The translations under genes and the position numbers were made by a program. A stretch of 64,000 nucleotides of DNA, taken from a virus. The DNA lies in IMG/VR virus record IMGVR_UViG_3300032516_000004, positions 64,001 through 128,000 of that record, one strand, 5' to 3'. A model generated the notes under the pieces. It saw nothing but the letters and a program-made list of their open reading frames with translations, searched no databases and was not told the origin of the DNA. Shown piece after piece: positions 30,913-45,091 of the stretch. How positions within the stretch are numbered: the first letter of the stretch is position 1; every line of letters begins with the position of its first letter.

Positions 30913-31526
30913 TGGATTGGATAGTTCCAGACTGTTATAAAAAATTAACGCCGAACAGGTATTTCTCAGAATACAAACCTGAGAAAATAGAGCCTATAGA
31001 GGCAATAGTCTACCATTACACGGCTTCACTAGGCACATCTGGAACATTAGGTTGGCTTACCGATTCGACCGCGAAAGTATCAGCACATTTTCTGATTTCT
31101 CGGGATGGAACCTGCTATCAACTAGCACCATTGTGTGATAGAACATGGCATGCTGGTGGTGCCACGTCTAATCTGTTCAACAGATCAAATGTGAATGGTC
31201 GCACACTTGGTATTGAAATTATGAACGTCGGTCCGTTGGTTGAGGTTGCTGGCAAGATATTTGCTACTATCGACATGGCTCGAGAATTCAAAGGCCCGAT
31301 TTACAAATATGGTGGTAGTGAATATAAATATTCACTTTGGGAAGAATATCCACAAACACAACTTGATGCTGTTTTAGACATCACGCGTCAGTTGGTAAAT
31401 GAATTTCCTATAATTAAAGAATCACCAATGACTCGTTTAATTGGACATGAAGACGTAGACCCGTCCCGCAAACTTGACCCCGGCCCAGCATATCCGTGGG
31501 ACATTGTTAGGGCGTTTGCTGCCTAA
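30912..31526 (+). CDS. N-acetylmuramoyl-L-alanine amidase (Amidase_2 family), probable endolysin
   Basis: IVYHYTA, SAHFLISRDG, TWHAG, NGRTLGIE, GHEDV...RKLDPG Zn-amidase motifs. Confidence 0.9.
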   Translation: MDWIVPDCYKKLTPNRYFSEYKPEKIEPIEAIVYHYTASLGTSGTLGWLTDSTAKVSAHFLISRDGTCYQLAPLCDRTWHAGGATSNLFNRSNVNGRTLGIEIMNVGPLVEVAGKIFATIDMAREFKGPIYKYGGSEYKYSLWEEYPQTQLDAVLDITRQLVNEFPIIKESPMTRLIGHEDVDPSRKLDPGPAYPWDIVRAFAA

Positions 31527-31603
31527 TAATTACTAGAAGAAATTCGAATATTATTATTTATCTGTCAGCAGAAGATTGCGAGAACCATAATGGGCATGTT
31601 AAA

Positions 31604-32833
31604 ATGTCGTTCATAAATTTGCCGCCCGCGCATGCTCATATGGGTGCTTCTGCTGACAAAGAAGCGGTGCGGCAAACTACACATCAATACAACCCAGCGC
31701 ACTACAAATGCGCTGGTTCAATTATCTATTGGGCATTAGCCAACAAACTCCATGACGCATTTATGGTGTGGATGCTAGCACAAAAGTATGACCGCACAAA
31801 ACACCGTGGAAAAACCACGGGGCGTATAACGTCAATATATTTTATTGACTGGCTATCTAAAAATATGTCAGTAGACAAGAAAACAGCCAAGAAACGCCTC
31901 CAAAGGGCTCTAAGATATGGTTTCTTAGATTATTTGTCTACTGGATATACGATTACTAGTCATCGACGAATGGTCGAAGTAGCAATGGACGACCAATATA
32001 GAAGACATTCAGATGATCAGGGAGTTAATCCTGTAGTGTTATTAGATGCGGACCGTGAATTCACCAGGCCATTTAATGGGTGGGTGATGCCTACTAGTAT
32101 GTATACTACCAAGGCATTGATGTCTGGCCGATTAATGCAGCAGGGCACCATATTAGCTCGAGGTCGTGAGCGCCAGGGAAATTTAGCGGGGTGTTCTAGT
32201 CGCACGATGATCCGGCGCACTGAAGACGCCGATGTGGTGGTTCAACCAAGATACATACGTCTAGACCCAAACAAGATGCTGGTTGAGGCCACCTGTACAA
32301 CCACAGATGCTATTGACGCTTTTACGGCAGCGGAAGATATGTATAGATCAAAGGGGGGTCAACTCCCCGGCTGCAAATTCTTGCATAAGAAATATATTTC
32401 TTCTGCTCATAGAACATGTTTGGTAATTCAAATTGCCAATGCCTATTGTAGTAAATCAGATGTAAAAGAGGTTCCAGCGAAGCACAAACGCCATAGTTGG
32501 ATACGCAAGTCGAGTGATCCCCACCCTCGCCGTCCAATCGAGAAGGCCGGGGATTCTCTTCGGCAACTGCCGAACTCGTATACTACGTGGAAGACTGGCG
32601 CATTTGTGAAATCGGTGGATTGGGGTGACATTCATGTGCCAGAAAATGTCCTACAATCAATGATGCGGTATTTACAGGACATCACACATGATCCGGACTG
32701 TGCCGAATTGATCATGTTGAAAACTGGTGCAACAGCCATAAAATCTGTCTATATGGCAGAACCTCGTGGTTGGAAAACTAGAACTTACGGTGTCACCCCC
32801 TGCTTGACCGGTCGGGAAATCTATTTTTCTTGA
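31604..32833 (+). CDS. Hypothetical DNA-binding protein, possible winged-helix replication initiator
   Basis: Two HTH-like segments (VDKKTAKKRLQRALRYGFL; RERQGNLAGCSSRTMIR) and two Q(I/L)(A/P)N(A/S)Y motifs. Confidence 0.35.
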   Translation: MSFINLPPAHAHMGASADKEAVRQTTHQYNPAHYKCAGSIIYWALANKLHDAFMVWMLAQKYDRTKHRGKTTGRITSIYFIDWLSKNMSVDKKTAKKRLQRALRYGFLDYLSTGYTITSHRRMVEVAMDDQYRRHSDDQGVNPVVLLDADREFTRPFNGWVMPTSMYTTKALMSGRLMQQGTILARGRERQGNLAGCSSRTMIRRTEDADVVVQPRYIRLDPNKMLVEATCTTTDAIDAFTAAEDMYRSKGGQLPGCKFLHKKYISSAHRTCLVIQIANAYCSKSDVKEVPAKHKRHSWIRKSSDPHPRRPIEKAGDSLRQLPNSYTTWKTGAFVKSVDWGDIHVPENVLQSMMRYLQDITHDPDCAELIMLKTGATAIKSVYMAEPRGWKTRTYGVTPCLTGREIYFS

Positions 32834-32903
32834 TCTGTTGGGAAAATGAACGTAATGAGATTGGGCGGTTTAAAATGAAGGTATGACATTAAATGATATA
32901 GAA

Positions 32904-33191
32904 TTAAGATCTTTCTTCCTTTTTCTCCATTCTTCGTAGTCGTCTTTTCATGTTATGTAAATATTTAATACAGGCTTTACATTGTTTAACTTGACTTGCA
33001 TCTTGAATATTAATAATTCTAGTTTTTCTACACGTCGTGATAGCGCCGTCTGTTGCGCATTTAATTACACAGATTACACCCTTACTTATTAGGATATCAT
33101 CTTTCCCACATAAAATTTTAGTGCCAGGCGGGATTTTCTCTATTGATCCGGGCACTATATATGGATATTTGGTGTAGATGTTGTTATACAT
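32904..33191 (-). CDS. Small Zn-ribbon protein, paralogue of 33184-33705
   Basis: YPYIVPGSI...IKC...CRKTR.I.IQDA.QVKQCKAC. Confidence 0.65.
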   Translation of the reverse strand: MYNNIYTKYPYIVPGSIEKIPPGTKILCGKDDILISKGVICVIKCATDGAITTCRKTRIINIQDASQVKQCKACIKYLHNMKRRLRRMEKKEERS

Positions 33192-33705
33192 TTTTCTTAT
33201 GTTTTAGAAATGTTTTTAAGTATTCTCGCTTTTTTGCTTTCCTACATTCTTCACAGAATTTTACAGACCATGCATCCTGAATTTTTATGTCTCGAGTGTT
33301 TTTACACTTTGGTGTTTGACATTTAATTTTACATCTAGTGGCACTCGCTGTACTAGTCTTTATTGTTTTTACTCGTGTTTTCCCGTCTACTTTAAATACC
33401 TTTTCTTTTACACTTTTATTGGTGCTTTGAACTTTATAAATAGATCCAGGAATAACGTGTTTATATTTTTTGTATAAGTCGAAGTATTCATTTTTTTCTT
33501 CACTATTGATTATTTGTAGGGCTGTTCCAATAGGAGTGTTTGGTTCGTGGGTTTCTTTTAGATACTTTACTTCTTCAGCATGTAATTTTACCTTGTTTCC
33601 TGTATAGTGGCTAGTTACTGTAACGGATCCGTCTTGATGTAATAGCTCGGCACGGCACAAGTGCCCCCTTTTAGAATGATACCATTTTCCTACATCGATT
33701 GACAT
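33184..33705 (-). CDS. Zn-ribbon protein with N-terminal SH3-like extension
   Basis: AGGAGG RBS; YKHVIPGSI...IKCQTPKCKNTRDIKIQDAWSVKFCEEC. Confidence 0.7.
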   Translation of the reverse strand: MSIDVGKWYHSKRGHLCRAELLHQDGSVTVTSHYTGNKVKLHAEEVKYLKETHEPNTPIGTALQIINSEEKNEYFDLYKKYKHVIPGSIYKVQSTNKSVKEKVFKVDGKTRVKTIKTSTASATRCKIKCQTPKCKNTRDIKIQDAWSVKFCEECRKAKKREYLKTFLKHKKNV

Positions 33706-33772
33706 ATACTACCTCCTACAATAGTAAATGTGCATGATACGTGCCATCATAAATATAGTCATCAGAGGTTTC

Positions 33773-33781
33773 TGGTATAAT
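33773..33781 (+). promoter_or_regulatory. Extended -10 promoter candidate in a divergent intergenic region
   Basis: TGGTATAAT = TGnTATAAT. Confidence 0.45.
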
Positions 33782-33828
33782 ATTGTTTGGCATGGGACCT
33801 GCAACGATCAATTGGTAGGAGGTGCGCT

Positions 33829-34098
33829 ATGTTGATTGTAGGTTCTTTGCTAATGTTTGGTATTGGCTGGTGGATGCATGGTTTATATGGGGATAATAGA
33901 TGTAGAGCTTATAAGAAGAGGATGAAGGAAGTTTTAACCTTTAGTGACACGATGAGAGACATGAATGAAATTTTAACTAAGAAATTGAAGAGGTTGGAAG
34001 GTATGGGGCATGTGGAAGATGAAAATAGCCTTGAATGTAAAATTGATAACGGAATATTGAACGCAATTGTGAATATGCAATCGCGTTCGGTACACTAG
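33829..34098 (+). CDS. Small membrane-anchored coiled-coil protein
   Basis: AGGAGG before ATG33829; N-terminal TM LIVGSLLMFGIGWW. Confidence 0.65.
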   Translation: MLIVGSLLMFGIGWWMHGLYGDNRCRAYKKRMKEVLTFSDTMRDMNEILTKKLKRLEGMGHVEDENSLECKIDNGILNAIVNMQSRSVH

Positions 34099-34115
34099 AC
34101 AAAATAGGCCCATTT

Positions 34116-34514
34116 ATGTTAGTAATGCGTTTTCCACATTTTCCGAAAGTAACCATGCGAGCGTTATGTGCTTCTGGAATGAATCGTAATGAGGTTAACA
34201 ACCTGATTTATATGTTTTTGAGATATGGATTTAAGTTTGATGGGGAGTATCACGCTGAGCCAGAGAATCGAGAGATTGCGGAAATTATGACTACGGTTGG
34301 TGAGCCAGCTTCCAGATTGAAATTAATTGATGAAACGGTTAAATTTGTAATTAATAATCATGGATTAGAATATTTAGAAAAGTATAATACCAATTTGAGT
34401 GAAGTTATTACCAAATTGGGGACAATCTATAACGAGTTTTTGATGTTACCATACAATTTACGTAATGATTTGGGAGAGGATGTTGATGCAAATGATTTTC
34501 TTGATAAAAATTAA
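34116..34514 (+). CDS. Hypothetical protein
   Basis: 132-aa ORF, co-directional with neighbours. Confidence 0.6.
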   Translation: MLVMRFPHFPKVTMRALCASGMNRNEVNNLIYMFLRYGFKFDGEYHAEPENREIAEIMTTVGEPASRLKLIDETVKFVINNHGLEYLEKYNTNLSEVITKLGTIYNEFLMLPYNLRNDLGEDVDANDFLDKN

Positions 34515-34604
34515 GAGTGGGTGCCAGGCAGGCGCGCACCTGGATACGCTTGGTCCTCCGAACAAGTGTTCCTGGCACCCCTATTTATGCAATCGGAGAA
34601 CAAC

Positions 34605-35498
34605 ATGCTTTCGGAGGATAAAATGTGGGTTGACAATGCGATAGCTAATGAACTTTTATTGGCGGCACGTAAGGGTAAACGTATTCAAGATTTTATGGAT
34701 GCTGTCTCCGGGATTGAAGGATATAAGTTAGATAATCATGATCGTCAGGGCCATATTCGAAGTAGTTTTGCTAAAGAGTTAATTTCAGAACAATTTCTGC
34801 TTTATTTTGATGACATTATTGCAATGTTTTGGTGGGGTGTATTTGAGCAGTTAGATAAAGCTAAGTTGTACGGTGAGATTGTTGAGATAAAAGCCCCCGG
34901 TCTAAAGAGAGAATATAGGCCGACAAGTAATAACCCAATCCATTTTCTTAGATATCATGGGAAGATGGCGGTCAGAAATTACATCACATCATTATATCGA
35001 AAGAATTTGGAGTATGGATGTCCGACATGTGGACGACGCGCCTCCGTAAAGAATAATAAGGTTTGTACAAAATGTGGCGACATCATGATTACTGTTTATA
35101 AATATGTTGAAGAAGATGGGTCAATTGCTGCTGAAGATCAATATTCAAAATTAGATGATTTTGACATGTTTACTAAAGCTCGTAAATTATTGTTTGAATT
35201 TGCAGAAACTGTTCTTGGCAGTGGCACTAGAGCATATCAAATAATGCAGATTCTAATAAATCCAGATGCGTCCAAGGAAATGTGTGCGTCATGTAATTTA
35301 TGTGATTGCACAACTTTTGACATTAACATATGCACAAACTATAATGCTAACATCGGTAAATATCTAAATATCAACAAGACCATGTGTGCGAATAAGATGC
35401 GTAGGATTAGATATGGTTTAATTAAATGGTTAGAGGGGCAAACGTCTGATGAAGCGCAATACCTACTTCAGATAATTCCAGCCAGATTCAAGTGTTAA
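34605..35498 (+). CDS. Sigma-70-like transcription factor with Zn-ribbon insertion
   Basis: Region-2-like FLRYHGKMAVRNYITSLYRK; CPTCG...CTKCG ribbon; region-4-like HTH NANIGKYLNINKTMCANKMRRIR; GGAG before ATG34605. Confidence 0.5.
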   Translation: MLSEDKMWVDNAIANELLLAARKGKRIQDFMDAVSGIEGYKLDNHDRQGHIRSSFAKELISEQFLLYFDDIIAMFWWGVFEQLDKAKLYGEIVEIKAPGLKREYRPTSNNPIHFLRYHGKMAVRNYITSLYRKNLEYGCPTCGRRASVKNNKVCTKCGDIMITVYKYVEEDGSIAAEDQYSKLDDFDMFTKARKLLFEFAETVLGSGTRAYQIMQILINPDASKEMCASCNLCDCTTFDINICTNYNANIGKYLNINKTMCANKMRRIRYGLIKWLEGQTSDEAQYLLQIIPARFKC

Positions 35499-35516
35499 AA
35501 TAATTGACGGTAGACA

Positions 35517-35846
35517 TTGTTGTATTATATTTTAGGATGTATGAGCAGTCAGTGTAAAGTGGTGTTTGAGCGCGGCAGGTTCTTCATAGAAACAGGAACG
35601 GCTAGGGGGTTTGGGGTATTTTATACCCATAACTATGGAATAGTTAAATATATTCCATTCTTTATGTTAAAGAAAATTGAAAGTTTAATTAATGAAAATA
35701 ATAAGGAGGCTGCTGTTGCTTTGTGGTTTCACGCTTGTGAAATAGCAGATAGAGTTCCCAGGATATTGTTTAAAAGATTAGTGTGTGTTTTTCTTCATGC
35801 TATCGCCATAGCCAGTCTGTGTATCTTCTTTTACTTTCTTCGTTAA
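35517..35846 (+). CDS. Hypothetical protein with C-terminal TM
   Basis: ORF with hydrophobic C-terminus; start uncertain. Confidence 0.45.
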   Translation: MLYYILGCMSSQCKVVFERGRFFIETGTARGFGVFYTHNYGIVKYIPFFMLKKIESLINENNKEAAVALWFHACEIADRVPRILFKRLVCVFLHAIAIASLCIFFYFLR

Positions 35847-35859
35847 TTGCCACTCTTAG

Positions 35860-40278
<4,419 letters not shown>

Positions 40279-40288
40279 TAGGTAAAAT

Positions 40289-43162
40289 ATGGCAGATCCT
40301 AATATCTTTGGTAGTGTTATACTTGATTCAGTATCAACTGATCCAAGTTCCTCGGAAGATGGGGAGATGTGGTATAATTCTAGTCAGAGTAGATTTAAGA
40401 GAAAACGTGGTGGTGCCATTAAAGAATCTGCCGACACCGATGATGTTACTGATAGAGCAGTTGCTGTGTCGGGTAATGATACTACACCAGGCAGCATAGA
40501 AGCTAAAGTTGTTGCTGGCACAGCTGTTTCATTAGCTACTTTAAATGAAGGTGCAGACGAGACAAGGCAGATATCTGTTTCATTTGGTGCTACAGGATCT
40601 ACAGCATGTGTAGGTAATGATTCGCGGTTGAGTGATAATCGAACAGACAGCAACGCCATCCATAAGGCAACTTCTGGTGAGATTGCGGGTATGACTGAGA
40701 AAGGCACGCCAGTCGGTGCTGACCTGATTGTCATTGAGGATAGTGCGGCCAGTAACGCCAAGAAAAAGGTTCAGATTAGTAATTTGCCGAGTAGTAGCTC
40801 CGATACGAACGCAATCCATAAAAATGCCGCCAACGAAATCAGTACCATTACTGAGAAGACCACAATGGCAGATGCCGATCTGTTCATTCTTGAGGACAGC
40901 GCGGCAAGTGGGGTTAAGAAAAAAGTCCAGTTTGCCAATCTCAAGGGTACAGCATCGGCGGCGGGCGCTAAGGACAACATACAGTTCCGGGGGAGTCAAG
41001 CAGGGTCATTCGCGTCCGATGACTTATTCAAATGGGATGCTGTTGGCCATTACCTGATTGTCGGACCTACAAACCCAAGTCTAAACGGCATTCTGGAGTA
41101 TCTCGAAAAGAACCTGAATACCTACATCCAGGTTTGCCTCACGAACGTGAGTGGTGCGCCTCAGGCATCTACTGACGTTTGTGTTGGCAATGATCTCAGC
41201 ACAGATTTGAATTATTATGGTGATTTTGGGATCAATAGCTCGGGTAATACAGATCCGGCATATCCTCTCCTGTTGACCAACGACGTCTATCTCTACTGCA
41301 TGGATGGCCAGTTTGTCCTGGGCACGGGAACAGCCAACAAGGACGTGGTATTCCATAGTGGTGGTTTTGCGCTTGCCAACGAGCGACTACGAATCACTGG
41401 TGCTGGTAGCGTTGATATTAGTAGTGCATTCTCACTGAGGGGCGCTATCACTCCAACGTCTATTGGAGCCAACCAAAACAACTACGATCCTACAGGGCTG
41501 TCGACCGCCACATTCTTGCGCCTATCATCCAGCGGCTCATACAACATCACGGGATTGGCGGGTGGTACATCGGGTCGTGTCGTTATTATTCACAACATTG
41601 GGGCCAACAACCTAACCTTGAAGGATGAGAGCGCATCTAGCACGGCAGCAAATAGATTTGCCCTACCAAGCACCGATGATTTTGTGCTTTGGCCTGATCA
41701 GACCGTGATTCTCCACTATGATGCCACAACTACAAGATGGCGTGTCATCGGGTGTTCTCGCACACCCTATGGAAATCAGGCGAACACGATTTGCCAAGGC
41801 AATGATTCTCGATTGTCTGATTCTCGTGCCCCCACAGGTACGGCAAGCGGTGATCTGGCTGATACATACCCTAGTCCTACGGTTGCAAAAGCCAGCAAGT
41901 CATTTGCTTTGACCGGTGGCATTGCTCCTGCTTCCATCGGTGCAGACCAAAACGATTACAGCCCAACAGGCTTGGCCGATGCTACTTCGATTCGTCTGAC
42001 TGCCAGTGGTGCATACAACATCACGGGACTTGCCGGTGGTGTTGGTGGCAGGATGATGATCCTGCACAACGCCAGTGCGTTCAAACTCACGATTGTTAAT
42101 GAAAGTTCTGCCAGTACAGCAGCCAACAGATTCCTGCACACGTCAGCACAGAATCTCGTGCTGAACCCAGACCAGAACTGTGAGTTACAGTATTGTGGCG
42201 TATGCTCTCGCTGGCGAGTTACTGGAGCTTCGCGTGCCCCTTATGGCACAACTGTGGATTCAATTTGCCAGGGTAACGATTCCAGACTTTCAGATGCTCG
42301 TACACCAACTAGCCACGCATCGTCACATAACGCGGGTGGTGGTGATGCACTTGCCATTGACGCAGCGGCAGGTACGGGTTCTCTACGAACGCTCGGTACT
42401 GCGGCAACAGCGGCGTGCGCTGGTAATGATTCGCGGTTGAGCGACTCTCGTACACCTACCAGCCATGCGTCGTCGCATAATGCGGGTGGCGGTGATGCGC
42501 TTGCTATTGACGCGGCGGCAGGCACAGGTTCTCTCAGAACACTTGGTACTGGGGCAACAGCGGCATGTGCTGGTAACGACTCGCGGTTGAGTGATTCTCG
42601 TGCACCCACCAGCCACGCGACCAGTCATAAGAGCGCGGGTGGTGACAGCATCAAATTAGATGAGCTGGCCGCACCTACAGACGTTACAACACTCAATGCC
42701 ACCACAGGACAGCACGGTCTCTTGCCGAAGCTCGGTGGTGGGACAGCCAACTTCCTGCGAGCAGATGGTGCATGGGCTGCACCTTCGAGCAGTGGTGTTG
42801 TCCCCAGTGAAGCTACGGCAACCGGCACAACGACTACGACCTCGGCTACAGACGTGCAGATGGACAGCATGACCCTGACGCCAGGTGCTGGGACGTATCT
42901 GGTGATGTTCAGTACATCGGCCGCACATTCAGACGCGGCGGGCGCACTTTACGTGTCGATCTATGCCAACAGCGTACAAGTCGCGGCATCAGAGCGACGT
43001 AGAACAGCCGCCGATTTGAAACAGATCGGCATGGTGGTGCCGCTAGCAACCCAAGCGGTCGTGACGGTTTCAGCCGCACAAGTCATTGAAGTAAAATGGC
43101 GCACAAGCGTGGCAACCGCCACCGCATACCAACGGACCATGACGTTGCTCAAGATTGGGTAG
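40289..43162 (+). CDS. Modular tail-fibre/adhesin-like protein with duplicated domains
   Basis: Five C-x-GNDSRLSD-x-R motifs; two AIHK...IEDSAAS..KKKVQ units; two QNxYxPTGL...YNITGLAGG...ESxxSTAANRF units; two SHASSHNAGGGDALAIDAAAGTGSLRTLGT units. Confidence 0.75.
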   Translation: MADPNIFGSVILDSVSTDPSSSEDGEMWYNSSQSRFKRKRGGAIKESADTDDVTDRAVAVSGNDTTPGSIEAKVVAGTAVSLATLNEGADETRQISVSFGATGSTACVGNDSRLSDNRTDSNAIHKATSGEIAGMTEKGTPVGADLIVIEDSAASNAKKKVQISNLPSSSSDTNAIHKNAANEISTITEKTTMADADLFILEDSAASGVKKKVQFANLKGTASAAGAKDNIQFRGSQAGSFASDDLFKWDAVGHYLIVGPTNPSLNGILEYLEKNLNTYIQVCLTNVSGAPQASTDVCVGNDLSTDLNYYGDFGINSSGNTDPAYPLLLTNDVYLYCMDGQFVLGTGTANKDVVFHSGGFALANERLRITGAGSVDISSAFSLRGAITPTSIGANQNNYDPTGLSTATFLRLSSSGSYNITGLAGGTSGRVVIIHNIGANNLTLKDESASSTAANRFALPSTDDFVLWPDQTVILHYDATTTRWRVIGCSRTPYGNQANTICQGNDSRLSDSRAPTGTASGDLADTYPSPTVAKASKSFALTGGIAPASIGADQNDYSPTGLADATSIRLTASGAYNITGLAGGVGGRMMILHNASAFKLTIVNESSASTAANRFLHTSAQNLVLNPDQNCELQYCGVCSRWRVTGASRAPYGTTVDSICQGNDSRLSDARTPTSHASSHNAGGGDALAIDAAAGTGSLRTLGTAATAACAGNDSRLSDSRTPTSHASSHNAGGGDALAIDAAAGTGSLRTLGTGATAACAGNDSRLSDSRAPTSHATSHKSAGGDSIKLDELAAPTDVTTLNATTGQHGLLPKLGGGTANFLRADGAWAAPSSSGVVPSEATATGTTTTTSATDVQMDSMTLTPGAGTYLVMFSTSAAHSDAAGALYVSIYANSVQVAASERRRTAADLKQIGMVVPLATQAVVTVSAAQVIEVKWRTSVATATAYQRTMTLLKIG

Positions 43163-43172
43163 GAGATTCGAT

Positions 43173-44144
43173 ATGGTGGCCACAAAATACATATACTCGA
43201 TTCAAACAGATTTCCCGAATCACAAGGTCGACAGCACGACGCTGACAACCGAGATCGGACTGTCTGCCATCACGGTCGCGTTGGATCATATTGATACTGC
43301 TGGAGATAACTGCGACATCTGGTTCAAAGCCGCATTGTCCGGTGGCGAAGAGACCATGTTGAATGGAGTTGTGGCCGTGCATCAGGGCATTGCGCCAAGT
43401 CCAGGGATATCCCTGGTTCAGTTGTCTTCTCCGAAGATGACCGACAACAAGCCCTTCTTTACCCCAGACATGTTCCCTGCAGGCACTATCGCGGTGTTTG
43501 CCGATTGCGCCGATAACGCTACAACGGGTGTCCGTTGGGCCGGAGATCGGTTTCAAGTCTCTGCTAATTCCGAAGGTGACACTGTTTTTGAAGCTCAGTT
43601 CATCGATTTATTGTATCTGGTCGGCGGCGATATGGTGCGAAAGAACGGGACTATTGGAGACTACGCAAAACACAAAATCTATTGTCCAGCTACGGCAGGC
43701 ACCGAGAATGTGGGTGCGGGAGATTTCGACAAGTTCCAAGTAGCCACAAGCTGCAATATGTACGTCTACGTCTCGACAGGAGATGGTGACTGGGACTTGA
43801 ACCTGACTGAGAAACTGAACGCCAACGTGAATTTCACCAAGGCTGTTCCAGTGCCATGTGTTCCAGGGACTGGCTGGTTTGATTACAATCCTACGACCGA
43901 CACGCTGGTTGTGAACCCAGACCATGCTGGTAGTTACAATCTGTTCGATTTCGACGTGTATTTGCCGCCACACCTTCCGGTGCTGGGCCTGCTAGGTGAC
44001 GGTACTAGAGACTTGAGGCCATTTGCTGCGAGTCCGAAAGCGTTACTGCCCCATTGGATTCACGAGGTCACTGTTCACCACGGCACCGGCACGCATCAGT
44101 TGGATGTGACGTGGACCCTAATTGTAGGAAGGTATCCATTCTGA
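43173..44144 (+). CDS. Hypothetical (probably fibre-associated structural) protein
   Basis: AGGAG RBS at 43161; shares the GC-rich composition of the upstream gene. Confidence 0.7.
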   Translation: MVATKYIYSIQTDFPNHKVDSTTLTTEIGLSAITVALDHIDTAGDNCDIWFKAALSGGEETMLNGVVAVHQGIAPSPGISLVQLSSPKMTDNKPFFTPDMFPAGTIAVFADCADNATTGVRWAGDRFQVSANSEGDTVFEAQFIDLLYLVGGDMVRKNGTIGDYAKHKIYCPATAGTENVGAGDFDKFQVATSCNMYVYVSTGDGDWDLNLTEKLNANVNFTKAVPVPCVPGTGWFDYNPTTDTLVVNPDHAGSYNLFDFDVYLPPHLPVLGLLGDGTRDLRPFAASPKALLPHWIHEVTVHHGTGTHQLDVTWTLIVGRYPF

Positions 44145-44449
44145 TGAACCGATTCATAGGCAAGACAGGTTACTCGTTCTTGGATGTGTGGACACTACCG
44201 CATCTGGGGTTCTGGGTGTTTATTGGCTCATCCCTGTGGGCCTTGGGCGCAAATCGTTGGTGGGCGTTGCTGGGTTGTATGGTTGCTGCGTATGGCTGGG
44301 AAGCCTTTGAGCATTTCATCGCGTTCAAGCGCTGGCCAGATCGATGGAAGAAACCCGAGAGCTGGTGGAATAGTTTGATCTCGGACCCGTTGACCACGGT
44401 AACCGGTGTCTTGGGCATCTATTGGCTGCTCGACAAGTTTGCTATATAA
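44144..44449 (+). CDS. Small membrane protein, putative membrane metal-dependent hydrolase
   Basis: TGATG coupling; TM helices carrying D.W...H, WE..E and ES..N...D motifs. Confidence 0.5.
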   Translation: MNRFIGKTGYSFLDVWTLPHLGFWVFIGSSLWALGANRWWALLGCMVAAYGWEAFEHFIAFKRWPDRWKKPESWWNSLISDPLTTVTGVLGIYWLLDKFAI

Positions 44450-44460
44450 AGAGGTGGTAA

Positions 44461-44979
44461 GTGGTTCGGCTAGTTTTTACTGCTACTCATAAGATTATTC
44501 CACGACTGATTCGTGCCATTACTAAAAGTGATGTGAGTCACGGCATGATCCAATTTACGTCTAGTTTATGGCCCGAGGATTTAATTGTTGAAGCCACTTT
44601 TCCAAAAGCACATTTAACACCGGTTCACATAGCTAGACATGATGTGGTTTGTGAATTTACTTGTAATTTTGATACAACCGACTCATTTAAAGTTGTTAAT
44701 AATTTAATTGGACAATGGTTTGATGTTCGTGGGCTATTAATTGTTGGTTGGATTAGAATATTATGGATGTTATTTCGTCGTAGAATTAAAGTATGGCATA
44801 CTAGCACAGGTCAACAATTTTGTACAGAATTGGTGGCACGTTTCGTTATAGCAGGAAAGATTCATGGTACTGGCGCACAATTGCCGGATGTTGAAGCATG
44901 GAATCCAGAACGTATACGGCCAGATCATCTTAAGAAATATTGTTTAGAACACCCTAATTTATTCTCACGCATAACATGA
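44461..44979 (+). CDS. Permuted papain-like NlpC/P60 (YiiX/YebB-type) protein
   Basis: Catalytic His first (VSHGMI), EAT, FD..GL, then Cys (QFCTELVA). Confidence 0.7.
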   Translation: MVRLVFTATHKIIPRLIRAITKSDVSHGMIQFTSSLWPEDLIVEATFPKAHLTPVHIARHDVVCEFTCNFDTTDSFKVVNNLIGQWFDVRGLLIVGWIRILWMLFRRRIKVWHTSTGQQFCTELVARFVIAGKIHGTGAQLPDVEAWNPERIRPDHLKKYCLEHPNLFSRIT

Positions 44980-45091
44980 CTCGTGATGCTGTTATTGCCG
45001 CTGTTCTCTTATTGTTGTTGGTAGTGGCGGCAATATGGGACATATTATCTCATAATAATAAATCTTAGTATCTTAAGCAATATACTTAGAT

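Noticed and set aside
40308-44418. Many 60-140-aa alternative-frame and antisense ORFs
   Set aside because: Expected by-product of higher GC and Ala/Ser/Gly-rich coding; they overlap well-supported + strand genes.
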